Positions 11,201 through 19,046 of a DNA stretch of 29,286 nt are shown one piece after another. The stretch is from a virus. Lineage: Duplodnaviria > Caudoviricetes. The number at the start of each line of letters is the position of its first letter. Position 1 is the first letter of the stretch. The stretch spans positions 1-29,286 of the IMG/VR virus record IMGVR_UViG_3300033406_000036. One strand, 5' to 3'. Made by a program: the position numbers and the translations under genes. Under the pieces are notes generated by a model. The model was not told where the DNA came from, searched no databases, and was given only the letters and a program-made list of their open reading frames with translations.

Positions 11201-11431
11201 ATACTGGGTGACATCTATATTGCCCAGCATCCAGGCTCCATTCCTTGTTCGAATGGTTGGGTTATGCCCAATGGAATGATTCTGGCGGTTACCGACAACG
11301 GGAATTACGAAACGGTGAATTTGACGGACGGCTTTATCCTGTTGTCCTATTACACGCCGGAGAATGAAGGCAGCATGAGCGCCTGGCAGTATGACGGTAC
11401 TGGTTTTGAAAGGATTGCGGTACCAAACTAG
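8297..11431 (+). CDS. Phage tail tip / central tail protein (Phage-tail_3-like)
   Basis: GTPVPVVLG, GFKYYLG, LFGG..GGF.G, DANP..IYE, TGKLTFKLIRNDY, IRPGDVLKLNW and RATFDTVPASH motifs. Confidence 0.85.
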   Translation: MSMNPFVGWSVTTLLLWLLNKKNKDSSDDTSNDPETLNASPAQVGTPVPVVLGRTLLKNPLIIYYGDFSAKAYTETYAAHANFSAWPMVFSLIAQVLSSPSTGVTNPGQPVTTNTGGGATSGPGTNKDTMIVPLIQALFQWLLMWLINGRHLKTTIQKGFKYYLGYQMLCCMSGTDIRLRGVYLKEQKVWEGDVTREDYLTGPFVIPVNDEELFGGPDEDGGFVGELHMYLGGPDQPADPWMVNQMMADTVQEELRGLTPAYRPFVSIVVPTAYVGKQASIPEAWLDLQWIPNRLGLGAIGEDANPMEAIYEMHVNSEWGLNRSSELLNTESMIAVGQRLKDEGLGITVPISNKTEVQQLIDDICDHLDMVRYTDPETGKLTFKLIRNDYDAANLPIFDETICSSVEYSRTVWSNTNGSICAAYTDSIAQYETSTVTDNDPANIEMNDGNANGEDCDFKYFTTAGNARWGAKRELRQQGFPLAAATLICNRKGAFIRPGDVLKLNWPPYGIKDMIFRVTDIDLGDFVKGEITIECIEDVFGMGKSKFSSSDSTEWVPPKNYPTGVQLFKYFEAPWEMMQVKDSYVFALAARPDNKTQKWTIWRYRDLTWETTNSLIKWTPTGQLISDYRETGDMEDVAGFEILDVGGVGDLAHRLLATGTPGFTAARNGARLLMVDNEIMGWGNLTQLPNGHWRVQNVIRATFDTVPASHAQGATVYFIDAGYYANVTTGGAVIPAGMTTAESYNITTATADGTEEFDATKITSLTTKRRSERPIPPGRIRLSTHMQESVPQITRAAGDVVLSWALRNKQQSYGCVSQDDTSDFFSGLAIHPIEGLQTIIRIYAGSEKIRETILDASVEDMVIIDEVETIQNRLTTEFNYTWGQRCLDKLAFDIETRVEITALLNGLESYQIQQRTFSWKPPYMLSGCTNAVEAQAMIQQSWQDGGVVVRFPDETLNRRIDVTDMPVIILGDIYIAQHPGSIPCSNGWVMPNGMILAVTDNGNYETVNLTDGFILLSYYTPENEGSMSAWQYDGTGFERIAVPN

Positions 11432-11445
11432 AAAGGAGGGGTGCT

Positions 11446-12447
11446 ATGTCTACGGAAACGCCGAAGATTCATCTTAGAAAGATTGAAGCCAAGGATTTAG
11501 TCACATGGCGGGAATTCAACGAGAATTGCGATATTCTGGATGATGAAATTCAAGAACTTAAAGATGGTCAGGCCACTATCGCCCAGGTCAGTGCCAGGCA
11601 GGACACGCTGGACGCCAATCAAACTCTCATGGCGCAGCGACTTAACGCGAATGGACTTAGTATTGCCAGCCTCAATACCAAAGTTGTGGCCATACAGCAG
11701 GAATTGACGGAAGAGACCGGCCGGGTAACTGCCCTGGAAACCGATGTGACGGAAATCCAAGAGGCATTGGCAGATCAGACTACCAAGAATGCCGCCTTTA
11801 CTCAAAAAGACCAGGATTTACAGACCGCCATTGACGCTATTAACACAGACATTGCGAACAAGGCCAGTAAAATCGAACTGGAAGAACGGGCAACGCAAGT
11901 AGAGAAAAACGCCAAAGAGTATGCCGATACGGAGTTGATCAAAAAAGTCGACAAGGTAGTAGGCAAGGGACTCTCTAGCAATGACTATGACAATACGGCC
12001 AAAGCCAAGGTAGATAAAATCAACGATACAGATGGCCGGTTTACCTATGCTGGAAAAGATTTTTACACAAAGGATGAAGCCGATAACCAGTTCATTGACA
12101 AGGACGATCTTCAGGACCGGCGAACACTGAGTTTTGTGGGAAGTAACCGGGCACAAAGGTATCCCTGGTCTGGGCAAGCACAACTCATTCAGGTCAACTA
12201 TTCCGAGGAGCGCACGTCCGACATTAACTTTTGGGTTGAAAAGCAAAGCAAAGCAGATTTTGCGGCCAAACTTGATACATGGCAAAAGATTGGGGGACAG
12301 ATTTTAAACCTGCCCCTGGATAAGGTCTATATGGAGTATGCGGTAACCGGTACGATTGCGGTCGGGGATATGGTCCGCCTTTCCATGCCGGATGATGATC
12401 CGGACATTACGGTTCAGGTAAGCATTTTAAACGATAATAATTTTTAG
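11446..12447 (+). CDS. Coiled-coil tail fibre-like protein
   Basis: AAAGGAGG RBS; long heptad region; KVDKVVGKGLSSNDY motif common in phage fibres. Confidence 0.65.
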   Translation: MSTETPKIHLRKIEAKDLVTWREFNENCDILDDEIQELKDGQATIAQVSARQDTLDANQTLMAQRLNANGLSIASLNTKVVAIQQELTEETGRVTALETDVTEIQEALADQTTKNAAFTQKDQDLQTAIDAINTDIANKASKIELEERATQVEKNAKEYADTELIKKVDKVVGKGLSSNDYDNTAKAKVDKINDTDGRFTYAGKDFYTKDEADNQFIDKDDLQDRRTLSFVGSNRAQRYPWSGQAQLIQVNYSEERTSDINFWVEKQSKADFAAKLDTWQKIGGQILNLPLDKVYMEYAVTGTIAVGDMVRLSMPDDDPDITVQVSILNDNNF

Positions 12448-12458
12448 GAGGTTTTACT

Positions 12459-13325
12459 ATGCCAGTACCGACAGACTACATTTTTACGGCAGGGAGCTGC
12501 CAAAAGAGCGAAATCCTTGATTTGATTGTAAACAAATTAAAAGCGGCAGGTTGGACGGATGTATCGTCTCTAGCGTCCAGTGATTATATTGTGTTAAAGT
12601 CTACAGGAAATACGGGAGATAAAAATCTGATTTTGAACTTACGCAAAGGTAATGCAGCAGGGACTGCTGGACGAGATGTAGATACTACTGCTTATTGTCA
12701 AATGTCATATCGTTTGCAAGACTCTTATATACCTGGCGCTGAAGGTGTTGCTGGTGTATTCGGCAGACCGACATTAGCGTGGACGGATTTATATATAGCG
12801 CCCGTCGCTGCAAATGGTACGCTGGCGTTGGATACGACAGTAAATTATAAGGTCTATGTCGATGTCAGCAAGATTATTTTGGCTATTGAATATCCTCCTG
12901 CGACCGGGTATAGTCCGATTCTTATTTATATGGGACAACCTGATACAGTGTATATGCCGGAAAGCGGTTCCAAAGGCGTTCTCGTGGCAGTAACCAATGG
13001 GGGAACTACTGCCGCTAGTGCCATTATTTGCAACTCTCCTGACGGTATTGGGTCAGTTGCAACTCCATATGCAGTTGCAACGGCAGCTCTATTGCCTACA
13101 AAGAATCCTAACAACGCTGGTAAATATTTCGATTCACCCGTTTATTACCAGACAACCACAGAAGGTATGAGAGGTAAATTAGACGGTATACTGTGCATGC
13201 CAAACTTAGCGGCATTAACGGGAGACAATATAACTATTGATGGAGACAATTATTATGTTTTAGTTTGTCACGCCCAGGGCATCACCTCTTTCCCAAGCCA
13301 GGTGCTTTTAGTAAGAATTGTATAA
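12459..13325 (+). CDS. Virion structural protein, paralog 4
   Basis: AGGAGG RBS; LIVNKLKAAGWT and GMRGKLDGI..GDNITIDGDNYYV resemble GIIGQFDGV..KDTITYGGKTYKI of 1736..2653. Confidence 0.6.
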   Translation: MPVPTDYIFTAGSCQKSEILDLIVNKLKAAGWTDVSSLASSDYIVLKSTGNTGDKNLILNLRKGNAAGTAGRDVDTTAYCQMSYRLQDSYIPGAEGVAGVFGRPTLAWTDLYIAPVAANGTLALDTTVNYKVYVDVSKIILAIEYPPATGYSPILIYMGQPDTVYMPESGSKGVLVAVTNGGTTAASAIICNSPDGIGSVATPYAVATAALLPTKNPNNAGKYFDSPVYYQTTTEGMRGKLDGILCMPNLAALTGDNITIDGDNYYVLVCHAQGITSFPSQVLLVRIV

Positions 13326-13355
13326 CCATAACGATATAAAGCGCAGGTGATGTAA

Positions 13356-15929
13356 ATGGCTACCAAGTTAATAGCGGGAGGCGGTAATCCCACTATAATT
13401 AATGATTATGAATTTATATCTACAGGTGGTGGAATTTATAGAGGTGTCGTTAGTAGTACCTCTATAAATTCCGGTAAAGTAATGTACGAAGTATTAGTAA
13501 AATCTACAGATAGTACTACTGGTTTTGGTATTACTGATGCCGCACACCCCTTTAATGGCTCATACACGTTTGGTGTTAGCGCTTATGAATATGCATTTTA
13601 TAATGGTTCAAAGATGAATAGTTATACTGGGAAAGGTTACGGAATAGGTTGGGGAGTTAACGCTATAGTTGGTGTCCTTATAGACATTGATAATAAGGTA
13701 ATATCGGCTGCTATAAATGGAAAATGGTGTGGCGTAGCTTACACAATAACTAATTTAACCCAAGGTGTCTTAGCAGCGACACGTGCTTATTATCCTGGGG
13801 GAGACTTGGTATTTAATTTTGGGCAAAATCCATTTGTTTATCCAATGTATACTTATGCTCCTTTTGATGCCACTTCTCCAGCACATGAATATAGGAGAGA
13901 ATTCACGGCAGATGTTGTATACCCAGACTCCCCATTGTTAGATTTAGAGGGTATGATTTATGACACATCAATAGGCACCAGAACTAAAAATATTAACGCT
14001 TCTGACACACTATCGCTTAACAATGGGGATAGGGAGTTACGCACTGTAAATGGGTTTACCGGCAATATATCATTTGGAACAAGAAACAATAGAACTTCAG
14101 ACGGTTTAAATGCATACATGTTTATAGGAAACAAAACAACACGTAGTTCGATTGGGTTAGATAATGCAGAGATTAATTATGGAAATAGGTTTGTAAACAA
14201 ACAGTCATTAAGCCCTTATGCTGGTTTATTGGGAGATAGATTAAGCAAAAAAATGGGGCAGTTATTCATCCCAATATTTGACGATTCCAACGCCATTGAC
14301 CATGTCAAACTAACAGTCACCCCAACCAATACTTTTTTTGGTTCCGGTATTACTGTTGACGCCAAGAATATTCTATACGACTATGGGAAGTACCGGCTGT
14401 ATATGAATAAAGCTATTGCAATTCCGTTTTTAAATGATTATGGACCAATTGATCAAATCTCATTTCCGATCGATGTATCGTTATTGCCTCTTGGTACCAC
14501 CCCGTGCAAGCTGGAATACCTATTTCCAGATGGTAGCAGAGAATATGTTGACTTTGAGGTGAATAAGGATGCAACAAATCGACTGCGGACATCAAATGTA
14601 GTTTACTGGTACTCTGGAGGCTATCATAAAACTAATAATATTGAATGTGTGGCTTTGGGGTCATCCCAAGGCCAATATCAAATACTCTCGCAGTTAGGTA
14701 CTTCTGCCACGATAGAAACTATTGAGGCTGCAATTGATACAACACGATCTGCCGGAGTTGCTAGAATTACCGCAGATTGTAGCAATGACGCCTGTTTGTT
14801 TTATGTGAGTTTCGATGGAAAAAACACATGGAAATCTTTTATTGACGGTGCATGGGCTACCTGTGAAAGAAATAATATAAAGACACAAGGTATGAAAAAA
14901 TCAGTACTAGAATCAGTAACAAGTGATCAGTGGACCGAAATTTATGCTAGGAGTAAGCTTGATATACTTAAATATATGGATCCAACAGTATATCCACTAG
15001 AAACATTAGTATATAAGGCCACTGGACCCAGTAATAGTGCATGGATATTAGATTATATAGTACCCGAGGATAAACTTGTAACGTTTTTTGAAATTAGTTT
15101 TGTACAATCTAAAAGTTCATACAACATTTATGATACTGATGGACGCTTATTAGACTCCAAGTCTGTTGGTGATGCTCCCTATCATTATTTTACTTATACT
15201 CCTCCTAAGGATGTACGTATAGGACGTATATACGTTAATAACAACAACTCATATAGTCAAGCATATACTACTTTAAATGTTGTCGGCATACCTACCAATG
15301 TATACTTTAAAAATTTAGTTGCATATCTTGTTGAAAATCGTCCGCCAGTAGTAAGTAATGTTACACTTCTTCCGTCTGAAACTCACACGGACTCCGTCTT
15401 GTCCGCCCACATTAAGGACGCTGAAGGAGATGCCGCGTATTACCGCGTGTCAGTCAACGGGGAGCCAATGACGGAGGATTTTATTACCGAAGGCACTGAG
15501 TATGATGTCCTTATCACCATACTCAGCAGCATGACTGCAGTTGGTACCAACGCCATCACCATCCAAACATTCGACGGACTAACATATAGTGAACCATATA
15601 CAACTTATCTGACGAAAGTAGATGCAAAGCCGACCATTTCGGGAATCCTCGATATGCTGAAATTGACCGCTTTAATTACGGATGCAGATTCCGGTGATAC
15701 AGTACAGTACCGGATTCTTTTAAATGGAGTGGTCAAGGTTGATTGGACTGCTTTTGTGCAGGTTCCGGCCAATATAAAATATACCATGAGAAACAGGGAT
15801 ATAAATATTGGAGTACAAAACACATTGACGTTAGAGGCACGAGATAACCTGGGCGAGAGTATGTCGGTTGATTTTGACTTTGTTGGCCAGTTTTACAACT
15901 TAAAAAGTAGATACGCTTATATTCTGTAG
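13356..15929 (+). CDS. Putative receptor-binding protein: N-terminal SPRY/B30.2-like domain and C-terminal Ig-like repeats
   Basis: SGKVMYEV, IVGVLIDID, NGKWCGVAY and FNFGQNPF SPRY motifs; VSFDGKNTWK; two C-terminal N.PP.(V/I)/KPTIS..D..(G)D...YR beta-sandwich units; last tail gene. Confidence 0.7.
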   Translation: MATKLIAGGGNPTIINDYEFISTGGGIYRGVVSSTSINSGKVMYEVLVKSTDSTTGFGITDAAHPFNGSYTFGVSAYEYAFYNGSKMNSYTGKGYGIGWGVNAIVGVLIDIDNKVISAAINGKWCGVAYTITNLTQGVLAATRAYYPGGDLVFNFGQNPFVYPMYTYAPFDATSPAHEYRREFTADVVYPDSPLLDLEGMIYDTSIGTRTKNINASDTLSLNNGDRELRTVNGFTGNISFGTRNNRTSDGLNAYMFIGNKTTRSSIGLDNAEINYGNRFVNKQSLSPYAGLLGDRLSKKMGQLFIPIFDDSNAIDHVKLTVTPTNTFFGSGITVDAKNILYDYGKYRLYMNKAIAIPFLNDYGPIDQISFPIDVSLLPLGTTPCKLEYLFPDGSREYVDFEVNKDATNRLRTSNVVYWYSGGYHKTNNIECVALGSSQGQYQILSQLGTSATIETIEAAIDTTRSAGVARITADCSNDACLFYVSFDGKNTWKSFIDGAWATCERNNIKTQGMKKSVLESVTSDQWTEIYARSKLDILKYMDPTVYPLETLVYKATGPSNSAWILDYIVPEDKLVTFFEISFVQSKSSYNIYDTDGRLLDSKSVGDAPYHYFTYTPPKDVRIGRIYVNNNNSYSQAYTTLNVVGIPTNVYFKNLVAYLVENRPPVVSNVTLLPSETHTDSVLSAHIKDAEGDAAYYRVSVNGEPMTEDFITEGTEYDVLITILSSMTAVGTNAITIQTFDGLTYSEPYTTYLTKVDAKPTISGILDMLKLTALITDADSGDTVQYRILLNGVVKVDWTAFVQVPANIKYTMRNRDINIGVQNTLTLEARDNLGESMSVDFDFVGQFYNLKSRYAYIL

Positions 15930-15949
15930 AGCCAAGGGGCTCTATTTTT
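15927..15949 (+). terminator. Hairpin + T-tract at end of tail operon
   Basis: TAGAGCC-AAGG-GGCTCTA-TTTTT. Confidence 0.65.
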
Positions 15950-16113
15950 GTGGGGTGATAGTATTGCATATGCCAAGGGAACCATGCCGCTGTGCAAGGT
16001 GGGAAGTCTTGAAACAAAAGCTAACTTGTCATGTAAATATCTCTTCTTAGGCAAGTGATTATAAAAGTCGCATATACATACAATAAAATCAGTTTACGCA
16101 AGGGAGATGTGAC

Positions 16114-16287
16114 ATGAAAGTTTATGTATACATAAGGCGGTATATGGACCACCTTAACTTTTGGCAAGTCAATCAATTGATATGTATGGATAGTCCCATA
16201 CCTGGCAGTGTAGAGTTCGATATTAATGACAACGAAGAATTGTTCTATGATGGTAAAAAGATTGTAGTCGTTAAAAAAGGGCCGTAA
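16114..16287 (+). CDS. 57-aa hypothetical protein (not in ORF track)
   Basis: AAGGGAG RBS; MKVYVYIRRYMDHLNFWQVNQLICMDSPIPGSVEFDINDNEELFYDGKKIVVVKKGP*. Confidence 0.55.
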   Translation: MKVYVYIRRYMDHLNFWQVNQLICMDSPIPGSVEFDINDNEELFYDGKKIVVVKKGP

Positions 16288-16299
16288 GGCTCTATTTTT
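16278..16299 (+). terminator. Second copy of GGCTCTATTTTT hairpin
   Basis: AGGGCC-GTAA-GGCTCT-ATTTTT. Confidence 0.55.
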
Positions 16300-16316
16300 A
16301 TTTGGGGGTGGGAGAG

Positions 16317-16829
16317 TTGGAAGTATGGGAAAACGTATTTAAGGCGGCCAAAGGTGCCGCAGTATCAATTATGGATGTGGCACCGGTGAAAGCAACAGCA
16401 GCCGGTGCACTTGCTTTTGTAACAGGCAGTCATGGTACAGCCCTGGCGGCATTTGTCGGGCTTATCCTGATTGACTTGCTGACTAAATACCTGTCTTTGT
16501 CGGCACAAAGGCTAAGTGATCTTGGTCAGCCGTCCGGCTTATGGCAGTGCCTGTTTGGGATTTATGGAGCGTTCAAAGATGGTTATATCAAGTCAGAGTT
16601 AATGAAAACCAAGTTTGCAGGTAAGCTCATATTATACATGGTCTTGGTATCAGCGGCAATTCAGGTTGACACCATGGCCGGAGGCGAGGGCGTATTTTTG
16701 AAAGCGTCTTGGTACTACTTGGCTGCAACCGAAGCAATCAGTATAGTAGAGAACCTCAGAGATGCAGGAGTGCAAAGCTTAGATCCATTACTAACATTTA
16801 TTAGAACAAAGTTGGGAGGATTGAAATGA
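16317..16829 (+). CDS. Phage holin (Phage_holin_4_1 type)
   Basis: Probable TTG 16317 after GGGGGTGGGAG; LILIDLLT, IKSELMK..GKLILY and EAISIVENL..AGV motifs; upstream of endolysin. Confidence 0.85.
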   Translation: MEVWENVFKAAKGAAVSIMDVAPVKATAAGALAFVTGSHGTALAAFVGLILIDLLTKYLSLSAQRLSDLGQPSGLWQCLFGIYGAFKDGYIKSELMKTKFAGKLILYMVLVSAAIQVDTMAGGEGVFLKASWYYLAATEAISIVENLRDAGVQSLDPLLTFIRTKLGGLK

Positions 16830-16915
16830 GTGGCAATGCTTTACCCAAGTGGTGGGAATGGCCTTTGATAATCCTAATGCTTATACGGGACAAAGTTACA
16901 GGGAGGGGTAAGTAA
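16826..16915 (+). CDS. 29-aa hydrophobic microprotein between holin and endolysin
   Basis: GGAGGA RBS; ATGA overlap with holin stop and TAATG overlap with endolysin start; MSGNALPKWWEWPLIILMLIRDKVTGRGK*. Confidence 0.6.
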   Translation: MSGNALPKWWEWPLIILMLIRDKVTGRGK

Positions 16916-17478
16916 TGAAAGGTATTGATGTATCACATCACAATGGAGTAGTGGATTGGCAGGCCGTCAAAGATGCTGGGATTGAGTTTGTAATAGTGCG
17001 TAGCTCATACGGACTCAACTCGAAAGACAGTAGATTTGCAGAGAATGTTTCCGGTGCTCACGCAGTTGGTTTGAAAGTTGGTGCGTACCATTATGGCTAT
17101 GCGCTTAACGTAGAAGATGCAGAAAAAGAAGCGGCAAATTGTAAAGCAGCTATTGAAGAAGCAGGAGTGTTGCTAGAATTACCCGTGTGGTATGACATGG
17201 AAGACGCTGACGGCTATAAGGCACGAAATGGTTTTGCTTTTGATCCGGCAGAGATAACGGCTATGTGTAAAGCCTTTATTGAAAACCTTGGCCTAGACTG
17301 CGGTGTTTATGCTTCGTATTCTTGGCTGACAGACTACATTGACTGGCAGTCCCTGGGCTGTGCTGTATGGAATGCGCAGTGGAGCGCAGCAGATGATATA
17401 AAAGGCTATATGTGGCAGTATACTGATAGCCTGGTTATTGGCGGGAAAAATTTTGACGGCAACGTTTTATACGAATAA
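16915..17478 (+). CDS. Endolysin, GH25 muramidase (catalytic domain only)
   Basis: GIDVSHHNG, GAYHY, PVWYDMED and MWQYT..FDGN motifs; no cell-wall-binding domain. Confidence 0.93.
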   Translation: MKGIDVSHHNGVVDWQAVKDAGIEFVIVRSSYGLNSKDSRFAENVSGAHAVGLKVGAYHYGYALNVEDAEKEAANCKAAIEEAGVLLELPVWYDMEDADGYKARNGFAFDPAEITAMCKAFIENLGLDCGVYASYSWLTDYIDWQSLGCAVWNAQWSAADDIKGYMWQYTDSLVIGGKNFDGNVLYE

Positions 17479-17515
17479 CTTTAGTTAGAGATGAATAATT
17501 AAAAAACGTTTATAC

Positions 17516-17546
17516 AAGGTACCGTTCAAATTATGCACGGTACCTT
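17516..17546. repeat. Perfect 10-bp inverted repeat
   Basis: AAGGTACCGT-N11-ACGGTACCTT. Confidence 0.6.
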
Positions 17547-17585
17547 AAAAATTACTGAATAAATATAAATTTGGAGGAATGGATT

Positions 17586-17750
17586 ATGAATAAAGAGCAA
17601 ATCAAAACCAAGATTACCGAAACTGGGCACGAAGTTGACGATTGGGTAGAGGATACTGCCACAAAGCACAACTACCCAAAATGGAAAGTCTGGTTAGGTA
17701 TGGCCATAGTTTTAGCGTTAACCGGTTTAGCTATCATGGCAATAAAATAA
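17586..17750 (+). CDS. 54-aa protein with C-terminal TM helix (not in ORF track)
   Basis: GGAGG RBS; MNKEQIKTKITETGHEVDDWVEDTATKHNYPKWKVWLGMAIVLALTGLAIMAIK*. Confidence 0.7.
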   Translation: MNKEQIKTKITETGHEVDDWVEDTATKHNYPKWKVWLGMAIVLALTGLAIMAIK

Positions 17751-17791
17751 CGCCGTCCATACAGGCGGCGCAAAAGGGAGAGGAAACAATC

Positions 17792-18409
17792 ATGTTTAGT
17801 TTAACCAAGCGCCAGGCGGCTATACTGCTTGGCGTTTTAATTTTATGTGTTGCAGGGTATTTTATTTGGCAACACTACCACCAGCCACAGCCTGTAACAG
17901 CGGAAAGCCAGCAGCAGGCTGAAACGCTCCAAGGGGTTGACCTGGCTGCAAAAAATGCTCACATAACCATGCTGCAGTCGCAGCTTGACGAAGCGGCCCA
18001 GCAGATTGCCAAGTTAAAAAATAAACCACCGGACACGATTGTTAAAACTGTGCCGGTGGAAGTAATTAAAACGGTTGAAGTTGAGCGGCAGAAGGTTGGT
18101 GCCGACTTTGCTATAGTTACCGATCCGAAGCAGCCGGATAAGCAGGTGAATTTTAAAGAGATAGAAAAGCTGCCGGCAGATACTCCGGTTACATTGAATC
18201 AGTACAATGTGTTTGCGTATAAGAAAGTTATTCGCGGTGTTAACGTTTATCCGGATTTGAGTAAAGCTGTCCAGGGTAAGTTTAAGCTGGATGAAGTCAC
18301 AGCCGATGTTAGCCGGAGGATTACTAAGGACGGTAAATATATTGGTGTTATTGCTGGATATGATTTTATTCATGATCATGCCAAAGCTGGAATAAGATAC
18401 TCGTTTTAA
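17792..18409 (+). CDS. Spanin-like lysis accessory protein: N-terminal TM, coiled coil, C-terminal beta-strands
   Basis: ATG 17792 after GGGAGAGG; AAILLGVLILCVAGYFIW TM; LQSQLDEAAQQIAKLK coiled coil; ends AGIRYSF; last gene before the lysis terminator. Confidence 0.6.
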   Translation: MFSLTKRQAAILLGVLILCVAGYFIWQHYHQPQPVTAESQQQAETLQGVDLAAKNAHITMLQSQLDEAAQQIAKLKNKPPDTIVKTVPVEVIKTVEVERQKVGADFAIVTDPKQPDKQVNFKEIEKLPADTPVTLNQYNVFAYKKVIRGVNVYPDLSKAVQGKFKLDEVTADVSRRITKDGKYIGVIAGYDFIHDHAKAGIRYSF

Positions 18410-18414
18410 TTTAA

Positions 18415-18445
18415 AGCCCTCGGGTAACCGGGGGCTAATTTTTTT
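18415..18445 (+). terminator. Terminator of lysis cassette
   Basis: AGCCCTCGG-GTAA-CCGGGGGCT-AATTTTTTT. Confidence 0.75.
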
Positions 18446-18462
18446 GATGGGAGGAAACCCAA

Positions 18463-18947
18463 ATAGATAAACAACTTATTTGCCAACAATTTAAGCCTTT
18501 AGTTAAAAAGTACGCAGGTATATATAGAAAATCCGTTCCGGATGCAGAGTCGGAAGCTTGGTTGGCTTTACTTCAAGCTATTCATAGCTTTAATCGGGAT
18601 TTAAACGTGCCGTTGGCTGGCTATCTTGAAAGCCGGGTTAAATACGGACTGCTAAATCTTTGGAAACAAGAAATGAAGAGAAAGCGAATGGAATATCAAA
18701 CGGACAATGCTTTTGACTATATAGCGGCTCCCGATAATCCACAGGTCGAGTTAGAGCGTAAGGAAGCCATTGCCACTATGCTAGCCGCGCTTAAGGAATT
18801 GCCACCACGGCAACTGTTTGTATTACTTTATACTGTGGTTCATGGTCGGAAATTGGCATATATTGCGCAAATATTAGGGATTACGGCACAGGCAGTTAGT
18901 CAATTAAAAAAAGAGCGTTAAGCCGTTTAAAAAAGCGGTTAGTATGA
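18463..18947 (+). pseudogene. Phage-encoded sigma-70 family factor (regions 2 and 4) with damaged start and A-tract frameshift
   Basis: GGGAGG RBS then in-frame ATA at 18463; FKPLVKKYA..DAESEAWLALLQAIHSFN (region 2); LKELPPRQ..IAQILGITAQAVSQLKK (region 4); one extra A at 18906-18912 would give RALSRLKKRLV* at 18947. Confidence 0.75.
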
Positions 18948-19046
18948 ATGTATATAAATGAAAGCCGATATACAGGAAACACACAGTAAAATATGAGGTC
19001 CTTGGCTATGTTGTCTTTCGAATATAATTTATTGGAGGAATGTGGA

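Noticed and set aside
593-16017. Many short antisense or off-frame ORFs over the tail genes (e.g. 3322-3780, 10139-10789, 11818-12285)
   Set aside because: Shadows of long, RBS-supported plus-strand genes; no motifs
15964-16050. Short TTG ORF (LHMPREPCRC...) after the first linker
   Set aside because: 28 codons with no recognisable features; likely a remnant
17642-17791. N-terminal extension of the 255-aa ORF
   Set aside because: Overlaps the RBS-supported 54-aa gene; the good RBS precedes ATG 17792
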